Source: an uncultured Gammaproteobacteria bacterium (GTDB lineage Bacteria > Patescibacteriota > Patescibacteriia > Magasanikbacterales > GWA2-37-8). From it: a DNA stretch of 64,000 nucleotides. The number at the start of each line of letters is the position of its first letter. The first letter of the stretch is position 1. Positions 28,833 through 37,554 of this stretch are shown piece after piece. The translations under genes were made by a program, and so were the position numbers. The stretch lies in the NCBI GenBank assembly GCA_964407865.1, contig CAYOXC010000002.1, positions 120,646 to 184,645 on the forward strand. The letters run 5' to 3'. The notes beneath the pieces were generated by a model that saw only the letters and a list, made by a program, of their open reading frames with translations, was not told the origin of the DNA and did no database searches.

Positions 28833-30233
28833 TTATAAACGTTTGCTTTTTTTCATTTTAATTACAATCGGTGCTGCAAAAAAACTGTATTTTTCGCGTA
28901 GTCGATTCTTTAAAAAATTTATATAAGAAGAATGAAGTGAAGTTTTATGTTTGATGGTAGCTAAAAAAACCGGCGGACCATTGGCTATCTGTTTAAAATC
29001 TAGAATTTTCGGATGACGAACGCCTTTGCCGCGTGAAGGTTGGCGCAGACGAATTACTCTATTGAGAAATTCTTTTAGTTCGTCGTTTGGTATCGATATT
29101 TTTCGTTCTTCGGACGCTCTTTTTATAAGAGGAAAAATTTGATGTACGCGATATCCTGATTTGGCACTGATAAAAACAATCGGCGCATAATCAAGATGGG
29201 GGAAATAGCTATATACTTTTTTTGAAACTTCATTGCGGAAAGAATCTTCGTTATCTTCAGCTAAATCCCATTTATTAATAATAATAATCGCGCTTTTTGC
29301 GTGCTCGTTAAGAAAGCCGGCCAATTGTTTGTCCTGGTCAGTGATGGGTTCGGAAGCGTCAAGTACGAGCAAAGTAACATCAGCCCGTTCAATGGAATCT
29401 AAACTTTTATCAATACCTCCGCGCTCAAGATCGCCTTTGACTTTGGTTTTTTTTCTGATACCGGCCGTGTCTATAAAAATAATATTGTCTCCTTCAACTT
29501 CGACGAGTGTGTCGTGAGGTTCGCGGGTAGTATGGGGCATGTCAGAAATAATCACCCTGGGTTCGCCGATTAATTTGTTAAAAAGTGAAGATTTGCCTAC
29601 ATTGGGCTTACCGACAAGCGCTACTTTTAGAGCAGATTTTTCTTTTGCTTTTTTAGGACGTTTTTTGCTTCGACCGAGTGTTTTATACATAAAGTCTAGC
29701 AAATCGCCAAGATTGCTTCCATTTGCGGCTGAAACTGGGATTGGTTCGCCAAGACCGAGCTTTTTCCATTCGGCATCATAGGCGCGGTTTCGATCCTGGA
29801 CACCATCTGCTTTATTACCGATAAGAATAACTTGTTTCTTATTTTTGTATTTTTTGCTTATTTTTTTTGCTAATTCTTTTTCTTGCGGCAATAATTCATC
29901 TTTTAGATCAATTACAAAAAGTATTAAATCGGCAATATCTAAAGCCATCTCGGCTTGCTCAACAATATCTTTTTCAAAAATTACATTGTTGTCAAAAGTT
30001 AGTCCGCCAGTGTCGATAAGCTGAAAGTTTTTTCCGCGCCAATTAACGAGACCGATATTTCTTGTTCGAGTGGTGCCAGGAGTATCCGAAACCAAAGCCT
30101 TAGATGTTTCTGTTAGGCGGTTAAACAACGTGGATTTGCCGACGTTAACCCGGCCGATTAGTACGGCGGTAGGAAGATTTTGGTCAATTATTTTTGCTGG
30201 AGTTGCCATATTATTCTTTGTTATCTGTGCCAA
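28833..30233 (-). CDS. der: GTPase Der/EngA (two GTPase domains + KH)
   Basis: Two G1 P-loops, GRVNVGKST and GKPNVGKSS. Confidence 0.92.
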   Translation of the reverse strand: MAQITKNNMATPAKIIDQNLPTAVLIGRVNVGKSTLFNRLTETSKALVSDTPGTTRTRNIGLVNWRGKNFQLIDTGGLTFDNNVIFEKDIVEQAEMALDIADLILFVIDLKDELLPQEKELAKKISKKYKNKKQVILIGNKADGVQDRNRAYDAEWKKLGLGEPIPVSAANGSNLGDLLDFMYKTLGRSKKRPKKAKEKSALKVALVGKPNVGKSSLFNKLIGEPRVIISDMPHTTREPHDTLVEVEGDNIIFIDTAGIRKKTKVKGDLERGGIDKSLDSIERADVTLLVLDASEPITDQDKQLAGFLNEHAKSAIIIINKWDLAEDNEDSFRNEVSKKVYSYFPHLDYAPIVFISAKSGYRVHQIFPLIKRASEERKISIPNDELKEFLNRVIRLRQPSRGKGVRHPKILDFKQIANGPPVFLATIKHKTSLHSSYINFLKNRLREKYSFFAAPIVIKMKKSKRL

Positions 30234-31857
30234 GTATTATTAATATATCTGTTTCGGGATTAAATTTTGCACCCATCTCATTGTCAAGTGTTTGTGGATC
30301 ATCATAGTCCTCATGCAGCCAGTCTGGAATAACCATTTCTAATTTACCTATCATCTGTTTGGATAAGTAGCTTACAATTTCATTTGGTACTGACTGGTTA
30401 ATTAAATAAATTGTGGTTGTCGCGGTCGGTCGTTTCACACTGTTACCAATAGTAATAACATTAAAACCTTGATCTGCCAAGCTGTTTTGCATTCGGCTAG
30501 CTAATCCAGCGCGCCATGTGCCATTTTGAATTTCAATTTTTGCATTTTCTAAAAACGCTAAACGTTGCGTAGTTGTATTAGAAAAAGTGCTTGTTGGGAT
30601 TGATGCGCTTGAAGTGTTTGCGTCAAAATTGTTCAGCTCATCATTTGATCTGGTTAGAGCAAGCTCAGTATCTACAGGGATGGCGGATTGAAAATTTTGT
30701 TCAAATATATTGGCAATTGCCAAATTGATTGCATTTAAATTTCCGCCTTTTGGCGCTAACATAAAAGCGCCAGTCGGTGCAATATAGGAATATAAATAAC
30801 CGTTTGGACTGCTGTCTATTACTAAATTTTTTATTTTTGAAGAATCAATCTCACGGGCGATTGATGCTAGATATATCATTTGACTGAACTCAAGATTGGT
30901 TGAAATATTTTGACTAATTGATTCCCAAATTTTTTGTAATACTACCGGGTTTACTAATGTGCCGAAGGATAAAAGTTTGTCTTTAAGGGCGGAAATAATT
31001 TGCTGTTGTCTTCTTGCGCGAGCAAAATCAGAATTTTCTCCATTTGTACCATGGCGTGAACGGGCGTATTTAAGAGCGACATCACCGTTCATATGCTGAG
31101 TACCTGAGGCAAAAGAAACAGTTTGATAGGCAAAATTGGCAGCTGGGTATGAATAATCAGTAAAGGGGCGCTCTACATTAATATCTACTCCACCAACTGC
31201 GTCAATAATTTGTTCAAAGGCTTGAAAGTTTACACGGGCATAATAAGGCAGGTCTAGGTTGAAATTTTCGGAAAATATTTTTCTAGCATATTCACCTCCT
31301 TGGCCCGGATATTTTTGTTCTCCAAGAGCGTCTGCGTAATTTATTCTATAGACGCCATAATTTTCAATTTTAACCCCAAGATCGCGGGGGATTGAAATCA
31401 TTGCAACCTCTTTGGTGCTTGGTTTGACGCTGATAATAATATTAGTGTCGGAAAGATAAGGTCCATCGTGCCCTGGCCCACCGATACCTAGAAGGAGAAT
31501 GTTAATACGATCTCTTTCTTCGCCAACTAGGTTCTTTTCAGGTGAGAAAAAGAAATTTTTAACCGTTTCAAAAAAACCAAATTTTTTAGGTTTGAGAATA
31601 CCAACTATTTCCGCTTCGTTATTTGCCGTCATTGCCCGGATGCCAAAAAAAACCGCCGAGATGACCGCTAGTCCGACTATAAAATATAGAATGGTAAGTC
31701 TTTTGTTTTTTTCTTGATTACTCCCAGGGGCAACAGCGCCAAGTGTTTTTGATCCTTCAGGAGCCAAAAAATTTACCGATTTATTTTGCTCTTTCGGTTC
31801 CCGCATAAATTCATTAGCAAAGTCATTATACCAGGTTATTTTGGCTAAATCAACCAT
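30211..31857 (-). CDS. LytR-CpsA-Psr (LCP) family cell-envelope phosphotransferase
   Basis: N-terminal TM helix followed by an LCP core (ISIPRDL...) and a LytR_C-like tail. Confidence 0.8.
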   Translation of the reverse strand: MVDLAKITWYNDFANEFMREPKEQNKSVNFLAPEGSKTLGAVAPGSNQEKNKRLTILYFIVGLAVISAVFFGIRAMTANNEAEIVGILKPKKFGFFETVKNFFFSPEKNLVGEERDRINILLLGIGGPGHDGPYLSDTNIIISVKPSTKEVAMISIPRDLGVKIENYGVYRINYADALGEQKYPGQGGEYARKIFSENFNLDLPYYARVNFQAFEQIIDAVGGVDINVERPFTDYSYPAANFAYQTVSFASGTQHMNGDVALKYARSRHGTNGENSDFARARRQQQIISALKDKLLSFGTLVNPVVLQKIWESISQNISTNLEFSQMIYLASIAREIDSSKIKNLVIDSSPNGYLYSYIAPTGAFMLAPKGGNLNAINLAIANIFEQNFQSAIPVDTELALTRSNDELNNFDANTSSASIPTSTFSNTTTQRLAFLENAKIEIQNGTWRAGLASRMQNSLADQGFNVITIGNSVKRPTATTTIYLINQSVPNEIVSYLSKQMIGKLEMVIPDWLHEDYDDPQTLDNEMGAKFNPETDILIILGTDNKE

Positions 31858-31953
31858 TATCTTGATTTTTCTCCTAGGACATGATATGCTGAATTAAGCC
31901 AATCAAGGCAATGGGTCAAGGCGACTCATAATTAATTAGCCAGTATTTTTTCT

Positions 31954-32030
31954 GGCCACTTGGCTCAGTTGGTTAGAGCGCTTCGTTCACATCGAAGAGG
32001 CCACTGGTTCGAGTCCAGTAGTGGCCACCA
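31954..32030 (+). tRNA. tRNA-Val (anticodon CAC), CCA-encoded
   Basis: Acceptor ggccact/agtggcc. Anticodon loop uuCACau. T-arm GGTTCGAGTCC. Confidence 0.85.
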
Positions 32031-32049
32031 GAAATTTGAGTTTAGTTTT

Positions 32050-32556
32050 ATGCCTCAAGATTTATCAAAAGAAGACGTAAATTTAGGTGAAGTGATTTAC
32101 AACTGGACGATTAAGGAATACGAAAAATATGAGCGCGGTAGCCGCTGGTATTTAGTTATGGGGATTTTTGCAATTTTGCTGATTGGTTTTGCTGTTATTA
32201 GTGCCAATTATTTATTTGCTTTAATTATTGTTCTGTTTGCCATAATTTTAGTTTTACAGGAAATGAATGAACCGGTAGAATTGGATTTTGCCATTACCGA
32301 AACCGGAGTGGTTATTGGCAATAAATTTTTTCCATTTTTTGAGATTGAAAAATATTGGCTAATTTACAATCCGCCGGAGATTAAAACTTTGTATTTTGAG
32401 CCAAAGACTATTTTAAAACATCGCATTTCTATTCCGCTGGATGATGTTGACCCGATAGAATTGCGTAGTTATTTGAATCAATATTTGGTGGAGGATATTG
32501 AGCGCGAAGAAGAACCAATAAGCGATCGGCTGGGAAGAATATTAAAAATTCAGTAG
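32050..32556 (+). CDS. Hypothetical membrane protein (2 TM helices)
   Basis: The track ORF 31960..32556 runs through the tRNA. The first ATG after the tRNA is at 32050 (MPQDLSKEDV). Confidence 0.5.
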   Translation: MPQDLSKEDVNLGEVIYNWTIKEYEKYERGSRWYLVMGIFAILLIGFAVISANYLFALIIVLFAIILVLQEMNEPVELDFAITETGVVIGNKFFPFFEIEKYWLIYNPPEIKTLYFEPKTILKHRISIPLDDVDPIELRSYLNQYLVEDIEREEEPISDRLGRILKIQ

Positions 32557-32562
32557 AAACTT

Positions 32563-32591
32563 CGCCTCTCCTCAGCGAGAGGTGTGTTTTT
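32563..32591 (+). terminator. Intrinsic terminator (cctctc ctcagc gagagg + TTTTT)
   Basis: Read directly. Confidence 0.55.
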
Positions 32592-32601
32592 AAAATAATA
32601 C

Positions 32602-32676
32602 GGTCTCGTCGTTCAATGGATAGGACACTAGCCTGCGAAGCTGGAGATCCAGGTTCGACTCCTGGCGAGATCACCA
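32602..32676 (+). tRNA. tRNA-Arg with apparent anticodon GCG, CCA-encoded
   Basis: Cloverleaf: acceptor ggtctcg/cgagatc, D-arm AGTTCAATGGATAG-like, anticodon stem ctagc/gctgg with loop cuGCGaa, T-arm GGTTCGACTCC. Confidence 0.7.
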
Positions 32677-32684
32677 CGTATAAA

Positions 32685-32710
32685 AAAGCCCGACTTTATG
32701 TCGGGCTTTG
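32685..32710 (+). terminator. Hairpin aaagcccgac ttta gtcgggcttt after tRNA-Arg
   Basis: Perfect stem. Confidence 0.55.
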
Positions 32711-32721
32711 TACGTGATTAA

Positions 32722-32735
32722 GCCAGGAGTCGAAC
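32722..32735 (-). repeat. Inverted 14-nt copy of the tRNA-Arg T-arm/3' region (gccaggagtcgaac is the reverse complement of gttcgactcctggc at 32653-32666)
   Basis: Exact reverse-complement match. Confidence 0.7.
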
Positions 32736-32748
32736 TCTTTTATTATTA

Positions 32749-32777
32749 TTGACATTTTGTCTAAAATATGCTATAAA
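32749..32777 (+). promoter_or_regulatory. Sigma70-like promoter (TTGACA-N17-TATAAA) for ORF 32848
   Basis: Hexamers read directly. An AGGAGG Shine-Dalgarno sequence precedes the ATG. Confidence 0.55.
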
Positions 32778-32847
32778 AATATGTTTAGTATCACAAGCAG
32801 GCCAAAGAGGCTCTGCTCATATTTAAAAAGAAAGGAGGCAAAAAGGC

Positions 32848-33258
32848 ATGTCCTTGAAAATTCCGAATTTGCCGAATAATGTTTTGCAAGCACATTTCAA
32901 ACGGATACGTCCGGTGATGCGTTTTTCCAAAACAGAAAAAGGACTGGTGCCTTGTGATTATGGTGAGCTGTATTTTCTTCGGGTAGAAAGCCCGGATGAG
33001 ATGTACAATGTGACTCCCCGTATCGGTAATCGCGCTTTAAAAGTGCGAAAGATTGCCGAAATTCGCACCTACCATTACTGGGTTTCAAATATCCCAGAAA
33101 TCAAGCCAACCTGCGCCGAAGTGTACGGCCAGATCCCCGCCGATTATCTTGGTCGCGTTATTGCCTTTGAGGTAAGGACTGGTGTCCATCAGGGTAATAT
33201 CGAAGGCAACTTTCTGCATACGACCACAATTCTTTACGAGCGTTTCAAGCGCCCGTAG
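32848..33258 (+). CDS. GC-elevated orphan protein (136 aa), hypothetical
   Basis: AGGAGG Shine-Dalgarno sequence. GC is about 50% against a ~37% host. A terminator lies at 33287-33310. No family recognised. Confidence 0.55.
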   Translation: MSLKIPNLPNNVLQAHFKRIRPVMRFSKTEKGLVPCDYGELYFLRVESPDEMYNVTPRIGNRALKVRKIAEIRTYHYWVSNIPEIKPTCAEVYGQIPADYLGRVIAFEVRTGVHQGNIEGNFLHTTTILYERFKRP

Positions 33259-33286
33259 AGCGCCACATCGTCAGTTTTTTTCTCCT

Positions 33287-33310
33287 ACCCGGTCATTCGA
33301 TCGGGTTTTA
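33287..33310 (+). terminator. Intrinsic terminator (acccggtc attc gatcgggt + TTTT)
   Basis: Read directly. Confidence 0.5.
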
Positions 33311-33350
33311 TATTTATTTGGGCATTCAATGTGGTATAATCAAAGTCAGT

Positions 33351-35471
33351 ATGGACATAAATACGCCGATAATAAAATTGAGTAGAGTGGGCGCCACAAC
33401 CGCCAAAAATCTAACCCGCCTTAATATTTTAACAGCGCAAGATTTGTTATATTGGTTTCCGTCTCGCTATGAAGATTTTCGTAATATTGTTCCGATCAGT
33501 TCTCTCAAAGACGAAATGTCTGTCACAGTGCGTGGTAAGTTGGAGTTAATAGCAAACAAGCGCTCATTTAGGCGTCGTAAAATTATAACTGAAGCATTGG
33601 TTTCTGATGAAAGCGGTAGCATTCGCGTGGTTTGGTTTAATCAGCCGTTTATAGCAAAAATGTTAAAACCAGGCGACAATATATTTTTGTCTGGTAAAGT
33701 TAAATCAGACATGATAGGGGTGGAATTCATAAGTCCGACATATGAAAAAGATATCAGTGGAGAAACAGCCCATACAGCGCGGTTAGTGCCTATATATCCT
33801 GTAACTCATGGGATAACACAAAAGCAGATGCGTTTTTTGATAAAGCAAATTTTACCTTTAAGTGATAAAATTTTAGAATGGCTACCTGAAAAAATACTTG
33901 AGAAATATGACCTGATGCCTATTGCCGATGCCTTGAAAGGAATCCATTTTCCTTCAGAAGAAAATGAGCTTAAAGCATCAACAGAAAGAATTAAATTTGA
34001 CGAATTATTTTTAGTTCAACTACGAGCTGAGCGCATTCGATTGGGACGAAAAAGTTTGCGCGCGCCAAACATTATTTTTAAGGAAGAGAAGATAAAAGAA
34101 TTTGTTTCAGCATTGCCTTTTTCTTTGACTCGGGCGCAAAAAATTTCTGCCTGGGAGATACTCAAAGATTTAGAAAAAAATATACCAATGAACCGTCTGC
34201 TGTCAGGTGATGTTGGGTCAGGTAAAACAGTTGTAGCGGCGATTGCTCTATACAATACAGTTTTGAATAATTATCAAGCAGTATTAATGGCGCCGACGGA
34301 GATATTAGCAAGACAACATTTTGACTCTTTATGTAATTTTTTTGAAGGCAATTTAAAAATAGCACTACTAACGAGAAGTCAGCGCGTATTTGCGGTCAAA
34401 AAAGAAAGTATAAAATTTGAGTTAAGCAAGAAAGAAATAGAAAAACAAATTTTTGACGGTGAGGTTGATATTGTAGTGGGCACGCATGCTTTGTTATCAG
34501 AAAAAATAAAATTCAGTGACGTTGGTTTGGTTGTTGTTGATGAACAGCATCGGTTTGGTGTAGGGCAAAGAAAAGCTATTAAAGACAAAACAAACGATAT
34601 TTCAGCTCATTATTTAAGCATGACTGCTACGCCAATACCGAGATCGTTTGCCTTAATGATTTATGGCGATTTGGATATTTCCATATTAAACGAGGCTCCA
34701 CCTGGCAGAAAGCCGGTTTTAACCAGATTGGTTGAGTCAAAAAATCGCGACAAGGCATATCAGTTTATAGAAAACCAGGTTTTAAACGGCAGACAGGTGT
34801 TTGTGGTTTGCCCTTTGATTGAAAAATCTAAAGAAAAGACGACAAAAGACGAAATTGAAATCATTAATTACAAAGGTTATCCTTCTATTTTAGAGAAGAA
34901 AAGTGTAACCAGCGAATTTGAAAAATTATCAAAAAATATTTTTCCTAATTTACGATTAGATTTTTTACATGGAAAAATGAAGCCAGCTGACAAAGAAAAA
35001 GTAGTTGATAAATTTAAAAAAGGAAAAACGGACTTATTAATTTCTACCACAGTAATTGAAGTTGGTGTGGATATCCCAAATGCATCAGTTATGATGATAG
35101 AAGATGCAGAGCGATTTGGTTTGGCCCAACTTCATCAATTGCGTGGCCGGGTTGGCCGTTCCATCCATCAGTCATATTGCTTTGTTTTTACTGGAAGTGA
35201 TTCAGATAAATCGCTTTCTCGTTTAAAATATTTTGAAAATATTAGCGATGGTTATAAGTTGGCGGAAAAAGATCTGGAAACACGTGGTCCGGGCGAAGTT
35301 TATGGTGTTGTTCAGAGCGGTATGATGAATTTTAGGTTGGCTAGATTGACAGACAGAGAAATCATTAAAAAAGCGCGGCAAGCAGCTGAATCAATCGGCT
35401 CAACAATTGATCAATATCCAAAACTTGAAGAAAAGGTTGCTGATTGGGAAAAATTGATACATTTAGAATAA
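33351..35471 (+). CDS. recG: ATP-dependent DNA helicase RecG
   Basis: Wedge/OB N-terminal domain. Helicase motifs GDVGSGKT and DEQHRFG. Confidence 0.9.
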   Translation: MDINTPIIKLSRVGATTAKNLTRLNILTAQDLLYWFPSRYEDFRNIVPISSLKDEMSVTVRGKLELIANKRSFRRRKIITEALVSDESGSIRVVWFNQPFIAKMLKPGDNIFLSGKVKSDMIGVEFISPTYEKDISGETAHTARLVPIYPVTHGITQKQMRFLIKQILPLSDKILEWLPEKILEKYDLMPIADALKGIHFPSEENELKASTERIKFDELFLVQLRAERIRLGRKSLRAPNIIFKEEKIKEFVSALPFSLTRAQKISAWEILKDLEKNIPMNRLLSGDVGSGKTVVAAIALYNTVLNNYQAVLMAPTEILARQHFDSLCNFFEGNLKIALLTRSQRVFAVKKESIKFELSKKEIEKQIFDGEVDIVVGTHALLSEKIKFSDVGLVVVDEQHRFGVGQRKAIKDKTNDISAHYLSMTATPIPRSFALMIYGDLDISILNEAPPGRKPVLTRLVESKNRDKAYQFIENQVLNGRQVFVVCPLIEKSKEKTTKDEIEIINYKGYPSILEKKSVTSEFEKLSKNIFPNLRLDFLHGKMKPADKEKVVDKFKKGKTDLLISTTVIEVGVDIPNASVMMIEDAERFGLAQLHQLRGRVGRSIHQSYCFVFTGSDSDKSLSRLKYFENISDGYKLAEKDLETRGPGEVYGVVQSGMMNFRLARLTDREIIKKARQAAESIGSTIDQYPKLEEKVADWEKLIHLE

Positions 35472-35581
35472 TTACATCTTGACTTTTCGATGTTTTTGTG
35501 ATATCCTCCCGGTTGTCTGTTTTGGAAGTTAAACTTCTAAAACAGGGGGTCCATTTACCAACCAAGGAAGGAAAAAATGAG

Positions 35582-35983
35582 ATGAAGAAACAAGCAGTTG
35601 CGATTGCAAGTCCGGAAAGAGACAGGATTCGCGTGTTGGTCAGAAGTGGCAATGAACCGCATCGGTCGTTTTACCTCACGGTCATGCACCTCGGGCTCAA
35701 CGGCAAGAGCGTCAGGCTTTTTGGCCGTCCGGGTCAGGATATGACCGACCGGACTTTCGAGGCCGAGGAAGTGGTTTTCAGGAGGGAAGAAGACTTGGAG
35801 CACTTCGTGCGTTTTGCGGCAGATTCCCTGCTCTCGCGCCGAAAGCGCTTCGTCTGGGATCCTTTCGGTGAAGAGGATGACTCTGTGATCGACGACACCG
35901 CCGGTCCGCTTCGTCAGAAGATCTGGAAGTGTTTCACTTCGCATCCGTCGATCAAGATTGACGGCGAGATTTTCAAGCGCTAA
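35582..35983 (+). CDS. GC-rich orphan protein (133 aa), hypothetical
   Basis: ATG at 35582 with an AGGAAGGA Shine-Dalgarno sequence. GC is about 55%. TTGACT lies at 35479. A terminator lies at 36013-36044. No family recognised. A long antisense ORF here (35555..35944) is taken as a GC artefact. Confidence 0.5.
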   Translation: MKKQAVAIASPERDRIRVLVRSGNEPHRSFYLTVMHLGLNGKSVRLFGRPGQDMTDRTFEAEEVVFRREEDLEHFVRFAADSLLSRRKRFVWDPFGEEDDSVIDDTAGPLRQKIWKCFTSHPSIKIDGEIFKR

Positions 35984-36012
35984 ACCCTTCGTCCTTGCAC
36001 CTTATTAAACAG

Positions 36013-36044
36013 GCCGCCCAAGACAATTGTCAGGGGCGGCTTTA
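36013..36044. terminator. Bidirectional hairpin gccgccc aa gacaattgtc ag gggcggc + T-run
   Basis: Read directly. Confidence 0.55.
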
Positions 36045-36071
36045 TTATTTAAAAAATAATTTTATAACAAA

Positions 36072-37415
36072 TTAAGTATGCTTGATAATATCTTGAATAT
36101 TTTTTATATCTAAAATTTTTAAATTTTTTACAGATATAGCCGAATGTTTTTTGCCAAGATTGGCCAGGGCGCGTTTGAGTCCGAGTTGTTCGCATTCTTT
36201 GAGGCGCCTTTCAGTTTGCGAAACTGGTCGAATTTCGCCAGACAAGCCAACTTCGCCAAAGGCAGCCATATCATTACCCAAAGCCTTGTCTTTGTAGGCA
36301 CTGGCAATAGCGAGTGCTACAGCTAAATCCGCGGCTGGCTCATCAGCTGTAAGTCCGCCGACAATGTTTAGGTGGACATCATATTGTTCCAAACGCAAGC
36401 CGGCTCTTTTTTGCAACACGGCAATTAAAACATGGAGTCGGTTAAGATCGAATCCGCTTGCTTTGCGCACGGGATAGCCGAATGAAGTTTTGTTAACTAA
36501 AGCCTGAACTTCAACTAGAATTGGCCTGGTACCCTCCATCAGGCAGGCAACAACATTGCCTGGAGCATTTTCCGCTCGCTCGTTTAAAAAGGCGGCTGAA
36601 GGATTTTTTACTTCTTCTAATCCGGTTTCTTCCATAGCAAATACACCAACTTCATCTGTTGAGCCAAAACGATTTTTTGCCGCGCGTAAAATTCTAAATT
36701 GGTGGAAACGATCGCCTTCAAGATAGAGGACTGTATCCACTAAATGCTCGAGCGCTTTTGGACCGGCTACTGTGCCTTCTTTTGTAACTTGTCCGATTAG
36801 TACTATGGTAAGGCGTTCGGCTTTTGAAAGTTCCATTAGTTTTACGGTGCAGGTACGAACTTGCGATAGGTTGCCCGCTTCACCTGTTGCTTCATCTGAG
36901 TAAACAGTTTGGACTGAATCAATTATAGTTAAAGCAGGTTTTTCTTTTTTTATAGTGGCAATAATTGTATCAATATTTGATTCGTTAGCTACTTTTAAAT
37001 TTTTGACTGTTATTTTTAGCCGATCAGAACGCATCTTTATTTGTTCGGTTGATTCTTCACCGGAAATATAAAGAGTATTAGGGAGAATTGATGCTAGCTG
37101 AAGTGCCAGGGTTGATTTACCTATTCCCGGTTCACCGCCAAGAAGAATGAGAGAGCCGGGCACGAGTCCGCCGCCGAGCACGCGGTCAAATTCGCCAATA
37201 TTGGTTCTTGTTCGCGTTACGTTTTCGCTTTTTATATCTGATAAATTCGATAATTTTGTTGGCGCGTATTCGTTGGGTTCGTTTTGCTCCTTGCTAATTG
37301 TTTTTTGTTCTTTATCTATCGTGCCCCAGTGTCCACATTCTAAACAACGCCCAACCCACTTTTGAAATTGTGCTCCACAGTTGTTACAGGAGAAAATTAT
37401 TGAGTTATGTTTCAT
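36072..37415 (-). CDS. radA: DNA repair protein RadA/Sms
   Basis: N-terminal C4 zinc finger CNNCG...CLECG. RecA-like GGEPGIGKST. Lon-like C-terminal domain. Confidence 0.92.
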   Translation of the reverse strand: MKHNSIIFSCNNCGAQFQKWVGRCLECGHWGTIDKEQKTISKEQNEPNEYAPTKLSNLSDIKSENVTRTRTNIGEFDRVLGGGLVPGSLILLGGEPGIGKSTLALQLASILPNTLYISGEESTEQIKMRSDRLKITVKNLKVANESNIDTIIATIKKEKPALTIIDSVQTVYSDEATGEAGNLSQVRTCTVKLMELSKAERLTIVLIGQVTKEGTVAGPKALEHLVDTVLYLEGDRFHQFRILRAAKNRFGSTDEVGVFAMEETGLEEVKNPSAAFLNERAENAPGNVVACLMEGTRPILVEVQALVNKTSFGYPVRKASGFDLNRLHVLIAVLQKRAGLRLEQYDVHLNIVGGLTADEPAADLAVALAIASAYKDKALGNDMAAFGEVGLSGEIRPVSQTERRLKECEQLGLKRALANLGKKHSAISVKNLKILDIKNIQDIIKHT

Positions 37416-37429
37416 ATCAAAAAGCGTTT

Positions 37430-37447
37430 ACCCCGCCATATGGCGGG
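37430..37447 (-). terminator. Hairpin ccccgccat atggcgggg, likely the terminator of the upstream minus-strand operon
   Basis: Perfect 8-bp stem. On the minus strand a T-run follows. Confidence 0.45.
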
Positions 37448-37554
37448 GCCGCAGTTGTTGCAACTAAATACTATGGTATTGTTTTTCATAATCAGAAGTG
37501 TTTGTCTAGCCTTTTTGGCGGAGTTGTAATTATTATTTACAAATAAAGAAATTT

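Noticed and set aside
31960-32049. The 5' part of track ORF 31960..32556
   Set aside because: It reads straight through tRNA-Val (31954..32030). The real CDS most likely starts at the ATG at 32050.
32429-32677. 82-aa minus-strand ORF
   Set aside because: It overlaps tRNA-Arg and the end of the plus-strand membrane-protein gene. No signals support it.
35555-35944. 129-aa antisense ORF opposite the GC-rich 35582..35983 gene
   Set aside because: GC-rich DNA yields long spurious antisense frames. The plus-strand ORF has the Shine-Dalgarno sequence, promoter-like element and terminator, and the antisense ORF has none.
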